A stretch of 64,000 nucleotides of DNA, taken from positions 66,898,179-66,962,178 of the forward strand of contig NC_057718.1 in NCBI RefSeq assembly GCF_004010195.1. The letters are read 5' to 3'. Below, one piece after another: positions 11,291 through 24,244 of the stretch. Origin of the DNA: Chiloscyllium plagiosum. Taxonomy: Eukaryota. The translations under genes were made by a program, and so were the position numbers. The notes under the pieces were generated by a model. It was given only the letters and a program-made list of their open reading frames with translations. It did no database searches and was not told where the DNA came from. Within the stretch, counting starts at the first letter, position 1. Each line of letters begins with the position of its first letter.

Positions 11291-14200
11291 AACAAGAAAT
11301 AAAGTTATTCATTTTAAGAACTAATTCAAATTATTAAATCAGTTAAAATAATTTGAAATATGATTAATAACAATTTTTTATAAATGTTTTCAGATGGACA
11401 ACTTGTAATCAAAATTGATGCCATCTAACAATTGGTGAACAGTATGATTGGTGGTTCCATTTCCTAATCTCCAATTTTTCAATCCTTAGCTATCAGCTCC
11501 AGAAGCTTAATGTTCTTCAATGCTGGGTTGCTCTCTCTTATAGAAGGAATGCAAGAATATTCCCTTGCATAAAAAGAATTTATCAACTTGACTCACTTTT
11601 GTCTCAAAATCAAGAACTTGTGGATTCCGACACCATCTCAGTACTGAATTTAGATTGACAATTTAATGCAGTACTAATGAAATGCTGCATTTGAGATAAT
11701 GTAGGATAACCTGAATAAAACCTGATTGACACAGAAATTCACACCTGATCATTGTGTTGCAGGCAGAATGATAAATTTGTACTGCTTGCTACACATGATT
11801 GCTAGCACTACCCGCACTGTTCATTTGTTGTCAGTATCAGGGCCCAAAATCATTAGTTTCTTAAAGGCAATCTGCACTTTTTAAAGGGGAGTACATGTGG
11901 CTCTGGCTCGAAGATGTGTTATGAACTGAATATGATGGGAAACATTGAAGAATGGCCAATCATGCAAAATTGCATGCACTAAAACTTTCGGAAAGTGCTT
12001 TGGTGATCTTAATAAAACATTTTGAAAGGGGACATAATATCCTGAATCTGGAAAGCACTAACAGGCAGTGAGAAGACATTATGTTGGAATGCCTGGAATG
12101 CTGGAACATGAATGCAATGTCGCAAGAAGTTTTGTGCTCCCATAGAAGTTAATAAGATAAATTTTCAAAATGCATATTTCACTTGATTGCACCACTTAAC
12201 TTCTGCTCAATTCATTATACCTCATTACTCACCTACCAGCAATCTCTATCATTCAAGATCAGCTGTATTTCAGTTTATTTTACCATATTCTTTACTTTGA
12301 CTTCTCGGATGAAGCACTATTGTAGGCCTAGCATCCACAACTCTCATCATAACTGTGGCTAACCACCCATGACGGCCACATAATCCAAACATTTTTCAAG
12401 ACATTCAAGAAATCAATTGCTCTAATGTTTAAGAGAGACAGTGCCAAATAGTAAGCAGGTCCAACTAACTGGAGGAGGTCAAGATTCCAGAATGTTTTAC
12501 TATTCATGGAGGATAAATTCCTGGCCTTTCTGGTAAGTTATATCATAAAACAGTGATTGTTGTGGTGCTAATGTAATTAGTAATTAGGGTGTCACTCTGC
12601 AACAATACTTGACTTCTCTTATGTGGTGGGTAGGTGGGTGTTGATGACATATTTCTTCTGCCAGGTGGCATGGTCCCAGTTATGAAATATATTTCCTGCC
12701 TGTAGACCATTTAGATGGCTGTAACTCATTCCCTAAGTTGTCTGCCTTTTATCAGAATCCAATCAAAGTTTGGAAAATGGTCTCCTCATACTGGCGTTCT
12801 CCCTCATTAGGAGAACAGCTGTCATCGTGAACCCATCTTCAGCAATCCTTACTTCTGCCAAATGGTGGCTGGTAGAAGAGAAGGTTTAGCCTGTGAGGGT
12901 GATCAGATTAGGGGACATGCTGGATCGCAGACAGTGAGTTGGATGATGCTACACAAACTTGTACATTGTGCATCCATTAACCATCAGCTCCTGGCTGAAA
13001 GAATGCATTGCCATAAAAGTGGCGTTTGCCCCAATAGTACTCATGGAATTCAAAAGGCTCAAGCATGTGTTGAACTACTTTCTGAAATAAACCTGTTTGA
13101 ACAGAATTTCACATCGATTATTGGCCCCAAACACTCCTTTGCAAACCTGCACCTCATAATTTGACCTGTTTCACAAAAAATCGCTTAGTGCTATTCTGTC
13201 TGCTACAGAAGGGCTTCCTGTACAGATTGCTGTCAACACACTCCATTTCCTCACTCACATGGACCATCTAGGTATGTCATGGTATTTACTTATCATCTAG
13301 AGACTCTGTAGGAGTACTTCCCTTTCCCATTAGGAAATTTGACATGGAGAATGTTGCATACAGCAGTCCCTTGCAATAAAAGGTTAAGGTGGTTCATGAG
13401 GAGTCTATATTAATGTGTACACTGTGCACTATTTGGTAGCAGCTATTTTACTTCCTGAGGGGTTGCTGGTCAAATTTTCTTTTGTGTCTGTCTCACACTC
13501 CTAAACTTACGCACAGGGGATGTACAGATTGGAAGTCCTCCTTTCAAGTTTGCTCCTGGATCAGACCAAGGTGGCTATGACTGAGGTTAAACATTGGATG
13601 GTTGAGGGTGCATTCAACTTGGTTGCCCGCTCCCTATCTGCAGTTACTTGTATGTGTGCATATCCCTGGAGTGGGACCAAATATTGTCCATTGAAAAGCT
13701 TGAAAGCATCTGCAACTGGTGACACATAGCATATGGAATACATTATTACCATTGAAAATGATATTTATGTTTCAGTTTTGGAAGTTAACTTGAAGATTTG
13801 ATTTTTGTTACAATCTTCACTCAGTGAGTAGTTGCCCTTTAAATTAATTAATTTGGTTTAATTTAGTTCATCTACTTTTAAAAAAGAATTAAAAATATAT
13901 CCAGCATTGTGATATATTTTATTCTGAACAATGCAACCAACACCCAGACTGGATTTAACGTTGCGTAATATGCCGACTGGCCTTAAAGCTGACTGCTACA
14001 ACTGTTACATCTGATTTCTTTTCTCTGTAACGCAACACATTTGAACATTTTGCAGTGCTTTAATAGTTGCATAGTGCAAGCCTATCTGCAGAAGAAAATA
14101 TTTGAGATTTTGCGAAGTGACTTGCAACATTCATCTGCATACTCTGGTGTGTAGGCCTCAGGGAACTACTCAAATGCATTCTGCTTCTCTAATCTCTTGT

Positions 14201-16003
14201 GTAAGTCTTTGTTGGGAGACATGCTTTTCATGCTCTCTCTTATCTGTCCTGCGTGAGCATGACATGCAATTATATGACGGCATAATATGGAATTTGTAAA
14301 AAGAAAATTGACAGGCAACAATTTCATGCTATTGTTACCATTATAATTAGTACTGCGGATCATCTTGCCATGCCACTTTATTTTCAATATTCTAGCTGGT
14401 TCCACTACTATTCCTCAGTTTCATAGGTATTGCGCAATCATTGCTCCTCTATGCCTGTCAACAGAATCAGCAGTGGCTGACCCTTGATACAGAGATGACT
14501 GCTAAGGGTCACATGTTCTGCCATGGACCTTCAAGCGACTAAACAAGTTCATTCTTGATCTGTACAGCTTTCTGAACATGAGACAGGACATTCCTGAAAT
14601 AGTGGGGTATGGGAGTGCAAGATTTGCTTTCTTTTTTTGCTGCTCTGCCTCCTCATGCTATCTGGGCAATTAAGGATGGATGATTGTGAGAAATAGAACT
14701 CACTCACAAATCAATCTGAGACAAAGCCTTGGAAATAACAACAATTTATTACAGCCTTGCAAATACCGGATGCTTCTGCAATCAAGCAGAAATGCACGTG
14801 AAAACAGAGCATGTTAGCATTCTTATTCCGTTTGCAAGTTGCGGAATCACGCCTCCCTTTTCCCATCCTATCATAAGCCGATTACCTCACTTGTTTTTTT
14901 CTCTAGTTATTTTCTTATCTGACCATCCTGCTGTCCTTGTATTCTGCATTCTTTGTTCCTTGTTTGTTACAGCTTGTTCTTTTATTCAGTTTCTCTTATC
15001 ATACTATAAGCTTTATTGTGAAATGCCCCTGCTGCTTCTTTTTGTGGTCAGCTACAACCCTTCATAGTTAATTCCTAGCTTAAAACTATTTTCTTTAAAA
15101 GACCCTCTATATTCAGTAAAGTCTTAGCCTTAAGTATGCTGCATGCTACAAGAATTCCACGACCATTTGTATAATGTTCCCCTTCCCCCTCCCCCACCTA
15201 CATTTCTAACCTCCCATACGATAAATGCTGGAACAGCTTTTGGCTACTGGATGCAGTGTCCAGTCCATCAAAGTTGATTTTGTAGTTGCTTTGCACGAAT
15301 TGTTGTGTAGCTGGCCTGAAACTGGGGGAGAGTGCCAACTAAGGGCAATGTGCTTCCCAGCCACTTCATGTTATCTTGTAAGCACTACATTTACAAAGCC
15401 ACGGTTGGTTTGTGAGCAGTTCAGCCTTTGCAGTCAGGATGTCTCCTGTTACTGTTATGGACAAGGCCTGACCCCTCTAAGCATTTTTAAGCAGGTAGCC
15501 CAGACCATAACTTTGGTATTTGCTTTAGATAAGTGTATAGTGGATATTCCCAGATTGAATTAGCCAATCCAACTGCCTAATTTTAAACAAACAGAATTTA
15601 TTTACAAAATTACAGAATGAAACACAAAGAACTGAAAATAGAATACCGGATAACTTATCCTATCCAAAACCCAACAGACTATCCCAACTTAATGATGCCA
15701 TTCCAAATATACTTGCAACAGTTCCAATGAACATATCTCTTGGCATAAAGAGTCAAACTGAAACAAACCAGGGCTTACAGGCTTGAAAACGTGAGAGAGA
15801 ATACCAGGCTGGACTTGCCCCATCAGCGTTTCTTTACACACACTGCTGCTGAACTGAAAGCACTAAACTGAAAAAGACTCATATCAGACACAAAATAGTA
15901 ATTCTGCTTTTTTCTCCACAGATACTGTCAGACCTGCTGAGTTTCTGCAGCATTCTGTGTTTGTAATGTCACAATGTTGGTCTTTTTACAAAGTTACTAT
16001 GTC

Positions 16004-16902
16004 AGGCAGCATCAAAGGAGGAGGAGAATTGACGTTTCGGGCATAAGCCCTTCTTCAAGAATGAGGAGGGTGTGCCAAGCAGGCTAAGATAAAAGGTAGA
16101 GAGGAGGGACTTGGGGGAGGGGCATAGGGAATGCGATAGGTGGAAGGAGGTTAAGGTGAGGGTGATAGGCCGGAGAGGGGGTGGGGGCGGAGAGGTCGGG
16201 AAGAAGATTGCAGGTTAAGAAGGCGATGCTGAGTCTGAGGGTTGGGACTGAGAAAAGGTGGGGGGAGGGGAAATGAAGCTGGAGAAATCTGCATTCATCC
16301 CTTGTGGTTGGAGGGTTCCTAGGCGTAAGATGAGGCGCTCTTCCTTCAGGCGTCGTGTTGCCATAGTCTGGTGATGGAGGAGGCCAAGGACCTGCATGTC
16401 CTTTGCGGAGTGGGAGGGGGAATTGAAGTGTTCAGCCACAGGGCGGTTGGGTTGGTTGGTGCGGGTGTCCCAGAGGTGTTCTCTGAAATGTTCCGCAAGT
16501 AGGCGGCCTGTCTCCCCAATGTATAGGAGGCCACGTCGGGTGCAGCGGATGCAGTAAATGATGTGTGTGGAGGTGCAGGTGAATTTCTGATGGATATTGA
16601 AGGATCCCTTGGGGCCTCACCTCTCCCCTCACTTCCCTCCAAGGCCCCAAGGGATTCTTCAATATCCATCAGAAATTCACCTTAACCTCCTTCCACCTAT
16701 CGCATTCCCAACGCCCCTCCCCCAAGTCCCTCCTCCCTACCTTTTATCTTAGCCTGCTTGGCACACCTTCCTCATTCCTGAAGAAGGGATTAGGCCCGAA
16801 ACGTCGATTCTCCTTCTCCTTTGATGCTGCCTGACCTGCTGCGCTTTTCCAGCAATGCATTTTTAAGCTCTGACCCCCAGCATCTGTAGTCCTCACTTTC
16901 TC
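16004..16902 (-). mobile_element. Penelope-like (Neptune-type) 3' fragment with inverted pLTR
   Basis: GIY-YIG C-terminus (AEHFNSPSHS..RRLKEERLILRLGTLQPQGMN). Arms 16004-16160 and 16680-16835 are inverted. TSD caa(a/g)gttactatgtc at 15989-16003 and 16903-16917. Confidence 0.88.
16778..16805 (+). ncRNA. Minimal hammerhead ribozyme motif (PLE type), sense to the channel pre-mRNA
   Basis: CTGAAGA-A-GGG-attagg-CCC-GAAA-CG-TC; stem II weakened to 3 bp. Confidence 0.55.
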
Positions 16903-17989
16903 CAAGGTTACTATGTCCTTGAGCTCTTTCTCCAGAGATGGGGTAATTGGCCAGGCTCTTTAGATTAGAGTTCTGCTGCTGAACTGAATCAAAACTCTGA
17001 TCTAAATGAAGCCTAGTTTCACAGCTAGCTGGTCACTCCTCTTTGAATATACCTTTTTTTAAAGACACAAAAGCGTTAGGCTGGAGGCATTATCTGTTAG
17101 GAATAGACAAAAAGGGCCCCAATAAACCTTTCAAACCTAGTCATGTTGGAGCCTGGCCAATTACCCCCTCTCTGGAAAAAGAACTCAAGGACATAGTAAC
17201 CTTGTAAAAAGACCAACATTGTGACATTACAAACACAGAATGCCGAAGAAACTCAGCAGGTCTGACAGCATCTGTGGAGAAAAAAGCAGAGTTAATATTT
17301 TGTGTCTGATATAAGTCTTCTTCAGCTTAGTACTTTCACTTCATGCTTGCCTGACATACAAAACCCCCGACCACCTCTTCCCTAATGTTTTGAGCTAAGT
17401 CAACAGTTCAAACATATTTTTCACTTTTGCAGTTAGTGTATCTAATGGCAGGTAACACTTACCTTGAAAATATTTTGTATGTGTGCACATATGATGCTTT
17501 ATTTTGCCTAAAGTTCTGGTGTTTGACTACCTATAATAGTTAGGTGAGAGTAAGAAATTCTAAACTTCTTTTACTGGGCTCTCCCTTACTGGGGGTGAAA
17601 TTTGCCTTTGCTAGTAGTACAATTATAAATTGGCTTCATGTTTTGGGGCACAGTGAGTAAAAATTTCAGTGGTTCTTTTGGGATAACTTGGGGACCTCTT
17701 TTTGAATTGGCAAGAAGAATGCAGTGATTGCCCTTGTGTTGAAAGAACCTTGTATTCAAACTGAGGTTACCCTCCTTTGTGTTGTGTGGAAGTACTACCA
17801 TGCTAAACAGGATGTGTTAAGAACAAAATCAAGGATCTTTGAAGTATTTTGGGCCATCATCATCTGCAGTAGAATTTTGTTTCACAAAGTGCTAATGGTG
17901 CTGCATGTCCCTCACTATATAATGAACATTATATCAGGAATGAACTGTAGTTTGAAGAGAAGTGTAGAAGAGCATGTCCAGAGCAGCAC

Positions 17990-19860
17990 AGTAAAAAGAA
18001 TAAAGAAAAATACAGCACAGGAACATGCCCTTCAGCCCTCCAAGCCTGTGCTGACACATTTGCCCTTCCATACTAAAACTGTTGTCACTTACAGCATCTG
18101 TACCTTTCTATTCCCTTCCTATTCATGTATTTGTCCAGGTGTTTCTTGAATGCTACTGTTGGATCTGCTTCCACCACCTCCTCTGGCAGTGCTTTCCAGG
18201 CATTCATCACCCTTTGTTTGAAAAACTTGCCTCATTCATCTCTTTTAAACTTATCCCCGCCACCTCGAACCTGTGTCCCCGAGCAATTGACCTGACCCCC
18301 ACTATTTCTCGGAGAAAGCCTCATACTTTCCACTCTATCCATACCATTCACAATCTTATCAACTTCCATTGGGTCACCCCGCAATCTCCTGCATTTCAGT
18401 GAAAACAAGCCTTATCCACCCAACCTTCCTTCATAGGTAAAACCCCATAACAGGCAACATCCTGGTATACTTTTCTGTACCTCTCCAAAACATTCGCATC
18501 CTTTTGGCAGCAAGGTGACCAGAACTGTACGCTATTTTCCAAGCGTGACCTCACTAAAGTTCTGTAAAGCTGCAACATAACCTACCTATCCTTATATTCA
18601 ATATCAATGAAGGCAAGAATGCAATAGGCCTTTTTTACTGTCTGCACTGCCACCTTCAGTGATTTGTGGACCTACACACCCAGTTCCCTCTGCATATCAA
18701 TACTGCTAAGGGTCCTGCCATTCACTGTATAATTTCCACATGGACTTGACCTTCCAAAATGCATCACCTCACATTGGTCTGGATTAAACTTCATCTGCCA
18801 TTTTTCTGCCCATGTTTCTAACTGATCTATATCCTGCTGTATCCTTTGACAATCTTCTTCACTATTCACCAATCTTTGTATCATCTGCAGAATTACTAAT
18901 TAGACCAGCTGTTTTCCTCCAAATCATTTATGTAGACTACGAACAGCAGAGTTTCAAGCATTGATCCCTGTGGAACGCACTAATCACAACCCTCCATTCT
19001 GCAACCCCTCACTTCCACTGCCATCCTCTGTCTCCTATGACTAAGCCAATTCTGTATCCATCTTGCCAGCTCACCCTGACACCATGTGACTTCACCTTTT
19101 GTATCAGTCTGCCATGAGGGACCTTGTCAAAGGCTTTACTGAAGTTCATGTAGACAACATCAACCACTTTTCTCTCATCAATCTTCTTCATCACCTCCTC
19201 AAAAAACTTGGTCAGGTTAATGAGGCATGACCTCCCATGCACGATCCATGAGGTCTATCACTAATAAGTCCATTTCCTTCTAAATGCATGTAGATCTTGT
19301 CCCTGAGAATCTTTTCCAATAATTTCCCCACCACTGATGTGAGGCTCACAGGCCTGTAATTTCCTGCATTATCCCTGCTACCCTTAAACAATGGATCAAC
19401 ATAGGCTATACTCCGGTCCTCCGGCTCCTCACCTGTGGCCAAAGCGGATGCAAAGCTGTCTGTCAATGCTCCAGCAATTGGTTCTCTTGCTTCCCTCAAT
19501 ATTCTGGGAAAGATGCATCAGGTCCCTGGACCTATTTACCTTAATACTTTTTAAGATGCTCAACATCTCTTCCTTTTTAACAGCAAATTTCCTCAGAAAT
19601 TCAACGTTTCCCTCCCTGAGATCATCGTACACCAATTCTTTCTCTTTGGTGACTATCAACACAAAGTATTCATTTAGGACTCCCCTCCCCCCCCTCTTCT
19701 AGCTCCACACATAAATTACCTCCTTTGTCTTTGAGTAGGCCAACCTTTTCCATGGCTACCCTCTTGCATTTTATATATGTATAAAAAGCCTTGGGAATCT
19801 CCTTAATTTTATTTGCTAATGACTTTTCATGACCCCTTTTAGCCCTTCTAATTCCTTGTT
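17990..19860 (-). mobile_element. CR1 LINE ORF2, decayed
   Basis: Minus ORFs NYRPVSLTSVVGKLLEKI, FSKAFDKVPH, WQMKFNPDQC and LYRTLVRSRLE. Confidence 0.92.
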
Positions 19861-20963
19861 TACTTTGAAACTTGAGTTATACTTGAAAATAAACAGTCAA
19901 CATGGCAAAGCTAAAGATCTACATATTTGTACGTATTCTAAACATCAAAATCTTTGGATGAAGCCAATTGACACCACAACCCATTGATTAAATAAAACTC
20001 TGTAGTTCTTTCACAGGATGATGGAAAATTAAACAACTAAATAGAGAAAGGAGTTTGATGAATATCCCCCAACCTGAATTCTGGTAAAGTATAAGAAACA
20101 AGGCTAATGCATTTGCAACCATATTTAGCCAGAAATGCTAAATGGATGATCCATTTCTTTCCCCTGTCTCCCCATGGCTTGTAGCCTAGATGGATCTCCC
20201 CATGCTGACCGATGTCTCCTCAGCTTCATGGCCCCACCATCTAGAAAAGGCTTCCCAGCCAAATGACCTACCGGGATCTAGGCTCCTTGGTTTTTATAGC
20301 ATTTGCCTGGGCGCTCCATTTGCCTCCAGGAATACCATCATCCTCCCAAACCCTTGTTTTAGTGCATCTTTGTCAAAAGGCTTCCCCAGTGGCTCACTTA
20401 TATACTTCTTTCCTTTTTACGTGCTTTGCTCACTATTCTTCCAATAACGGGGTACTTCTTTTCTGCTATTCCTGGTGCTAATTTGAACCTATCACCAGGA
20501 AATGCAGAAAAGAAGTTGCCCATAACTGAGGAGCAATGCTTTAAATATTTTGCCCATTCCAAGGCTGAAGGCGCAGGTTTTGCAATTCCTGCAGTGGCAG
20601 GGGAAGGTGCCAGGAGGGGAAGGTTGGTTGTGGGGGGCGTGGACCTGACCAGGTAGTTGCGGAGGGAATGGTCTTTGTGGAAGGCGGATAGGGGTGGGGA
20701 GGGAAATATATCCTTGGTGATGGGGTCCATTTGAAAGTGACGGAAATGTCAGCGGATGATGCGATTTATGCAGAGGTTGTTAGGGGAGAAGGTGAGTACC
20801 TGGGGGTTTCTGTCCTTGTTGCGGTTGGAGGGGTGGAGTTTGAGGCTGGAGCTGTAGTGCAATGGAGGGCATCTTCAAACGCATGGGAGGGGAACTTATT
20901 GTCTTTAAAGAAGGAGGAAATCTGGTGTGTTCTGTGGTGGAACTGGTCCTCCTGGGAGTAGAT

Positions 20964-21270
20964 TACTTACAGTGTGGAAACAGGCTCTTCAGCCCAACTA
21001 GTTCACACCAACCCGCCGAAGCGCACCCACCCAGACCCATTCCACTACATTTACCCCTGCACCTAACACTGCGGACAATTTAGCATGGCCAATTCACCTA
21101 ACCTGCACATTTTTGGACTGTGGGAGGAAACCGGAGCACCCGGAAGAAGCCCACGCAGACACGGGGAGAATGTGCAAACTCCACACAGTCAGTCGCTTGA
21201 GGCGGGAATTAAACCCGGGACTCTGGCGCTGTGAGGCAGCGGTGCTAACCACTATGCCACCGTGCCACCC
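20964..21270 (-). mobile_element. HE1-type SINE, full length, CpG-rich (young)
   Basis: A-box/B-box head at 21200-21268, V-domain core, CR1-derived tail. Confidence 0.9.
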
Positions 21271-21274
21271 ACTA

Positions 21275-21565
21275 TATGGAAGTAGGCCATTCAGCCTATT
21301 GAACCCACACTGATCTCCCCAGAGCATCCCACACAATTTCTGTAATGCCACATCCCCCACAGCTAATCCACCTAGCCTGCACATCCCTGGGCAATTTAGC
21401 CTGGCCAAACCACTAACCAGCACATCTTTGGACAGTGGAAGGAAACCAGAGCACCCAAAGAGAGTGTGCAAACTCCACACAGACAATTGTCTGAGGGTAG
21501 AATTGAAACCGAGTCCCTGCTACTGTGAAGCAGCAGTGCTAACCATTGAGCCACAGTGCCACCCA
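21275..21565 (-). mobile_element. HE1-type SINE, older and diverged
   Basis: Same head and core as its neighbours, with many substitutions. Confidence 0.8.
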
Positions 21566-21616
21566 CATAAATACAAGACTTTAAGCCAGGTAATGCACAA
21601 ATACAATTGTCCATTT

Positions 21617-21929
21617 TATTAGATTAGGTTCCCTACAGGAAACAGGCCCTTTGGCCCAACAAGTCCAACCGACCCTCTGAAGAGTAATCCACCCAGACCC
21701 ATTTCCCTCTGACTAATGCACCTAACACTATGGGCAATTTAGCATGGCCAATTCACCTAACCTGCACATCTTTGGACTGTGGGAAGAAACCGGAGCACCC
21801 AGAGGAAACCCATACAGACACAAAGAGAATGTGCAAACTCCACACAGACAGTCACCCAAGGCTGGAATTGAACCTGGGACCCTGGTGCTGAGAGGCAGCA
21901 GTGCTAACCACTGAGCCACCATGCCACCA
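21617..21929 (-). mobile_element. HE1-type SINE, full length
   Basis: Head tggcatggtggctcagtggttagcac, B-box GGTTCAATTCC, ttagattag tail. Confidence 0.9.
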
Positions 21930-24244
21930 AGTAGATGCAGTGGAGGCGGAGGAATAGGGAATATGGGATAGCATTTTTGCAGGAGGTAGGGTGGGAGGAG
22001 GTGTAATCCAGGTAGCTATGGGAGTCGATGGGTTTGTAAAAAATGTAAATGTTGAGTTGGTCATCGTTGATGAAAATGGAGAGGTCCAAGAAGGGGAGGG
22101 AGGTGTTAGAGATGGTCCAGGTGAATTGAAGGTCGGGGTGGAATGTGTTGGTGAAGTTGATGAACTGTTCAACCTCCTCGAGGGAGCACGAGGTGGCGCC
22201 GATGCAGTCATCAATGTAGCGGAGGAAAAGGTGGGGAGTGGTGCCGGTGTAACCCTGGAAAATGGACTGTTCTATGTAGCTGACAAAGAGACAGACATAG
22301 CTGGGACTCATGCAGGTGCCCATGGCTTCCCCTTTCATGTGGAGGAAGTGGGAGGATTCGAAAGAGAAATTGTTGAGGGTACTCAGCCAAACGAATAAGA
22401 GTAGCAGTGGAAAGGTACTGGTGGGGACATTGGGAGAGGAAGAAAAGGAGGGCTTGGAGGCCCTGGCCATGGCGGATGGAGGCGTAGCGGGACTGGATGT
22501 CCATGGTGAACATGAGGCATTGGGGACCAGGGAAGCAAAAGTCTTGGAGGGCGTGGGTGGTGTCCTGAACATATGCAGGGAGTTCCTGGAATGGGTGGAA
22601 TAGGACAGTATCGAGGTAGGTGGACATGAATTCGGTGGGGCAGGAGCAGGCTGAGATAATGGGTCAGCCAGGGTAGTCATGCGTGTGGATCTTAGGTAGG
22701 AGGTAGAATTGGGCGGTGTGGGGTTCCCGAACTATGAGGTTGGAAGCTGTGGGTGGGAGATCCCCTGAGATGATGAGGTTGTGTATGGTCTGGGAGATGA
22801 TGGTTTGGTAATGGGGGTGAGGTCATGGTCGAGGGGGTGGTAGGAGGAGGTGTCTTCGAGTTGGCACCTCGCTTCAGCTGTGTAGAGATCAGTGTGCCAA
22901 ACTACCACTGTGCCCCCTTTGTCTGCTGGTTTGATAGTGAGGTTAGGGTTGGAGCAGAGGGAATGGAGAGCTGCATGTTGTGAGGGTGAGATGTTGGTAT
23001 GGGAGAGGGAGTAACAGGTTGAGGCGGTCAATGTCTCGGTGGCAGTTGGAAATAAAGAGGTCAAGGGCAGGTAACAGACCAGCACGGAGTGTCCAGATGA
23101 ATGGCGTGTGTTGGAGGTGAATGAAGGGGTCCTCGGAGAGTGGGCGAGCCTCTTGAAGAAAAAAGTAAGCTTGGAGGTAGAAGCGGCGGAAGACGTCACG
23201 ACGTGTATTGAATTCGTTGATGCGTGGACAGAGGGGGATGAGGTAAGGCCTTTGTTGAGGACTGGAATTTCGTCCTCAGTGAGACGGAGGTCTGGGGGAA
23301 TAGTGAAAACTCGGCAGGGCTGGGAGCTAGGACCTGGTATAGGGCTGGAGCTGGGAGTGGGGGTGGAGACTGTAACTGGAGTGGCGTGATAGTAGGGGGA
23401 ATGGGGTGGAGTCATTTGTGGAAGTGGTGTTCCCCTCGAGATTCTGGATGCAGGAATGGTGTCAGTAGGATCCTTGGGGGGTGGGGGGCGCAGGTTGGCA
23501 GTATGCAGGTGAGTGGTGTCAGTGGGGGTGGAAGTGATAACGATGCAGCTGTGGGGGCGGAAGTTGCAGAGTGCATGACATCAGTGATGATGCAGGGGCG
23601 GAAGTGATGAAACGCGTGGAGTGGGTGAAGTCATAGGGGGTGGAAGTGGCTGTGGTGGCAGCAATAGGGGGGCGGAAGTGTGTTTACGGTTGGGCCTTGT
23701 GTTGGTCCTGGCGGTGGCAGATCTGGTGGCGATCGCGGCGGCAGTTGGTTGTCCAGCGGTTTCGGCGGCTGTTGTCTGGCCGGCAATCACGGAGACGGCA
23801 TGAGCAGCTGTGGCTGCAAGCTGCCGGTTGGCAGGGGCAGAAATGATACCATCAATTGCAGCAGTGATAGTGGCTGGCATGGCGTCATGGCTGATGGCAG
23901 CTGAGCAGTTCCAGGGCCAAGGGGGGTAGCTTCTGAAATGTTTGAGGAGTGCTGACTATTGAGGTGGGAATATAAAACTTTGTTGTACTTACAGTTTTTG
24001 ATGTTTGAAATGGTGTAGAAATATTGTTTGCTGAGTGTATGAATTCTTCTAAGGATATAATGCAGTAGTGGTCCCTTGCAGTTCTGGAGAAGGTATTTTT
24101 CTCCCATTGGTCACTCCATGATTGAATTTTCCTTATTGTTTTGGGGGATCTTGATGCCAAATTCACCCACTACCTCCATGTTCTTTGAGTGCTGTATCGT
24201 ACGTAATTCAATGTCTGAGTGTTCTTTGAATTTTCTGTGTTTAG

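Larger units (their letters stand above)
15453..17226. mobile_element. Solo LTR carrying nested insertions
   Basis: Starts TGTTA, ends TGTGACA. Exact 4 bp TSD ttac at 15449-15452 and 17227-17230. Confidence 0.7.
20568..24098 (-). mobile_element. Long Penelope-like (Neptune-type) element, N-terminal region plus RT, interrupted by a SINE block
   Basis: RT motifs IKPADKGG, GEAMGTCMSP, FLRYIDD, LPFLD and YKPIDSHSYLDY, with a Cys-rich linker near 20580-20610. Frameshifted; boundaries approximate. Confidence 0.88.
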
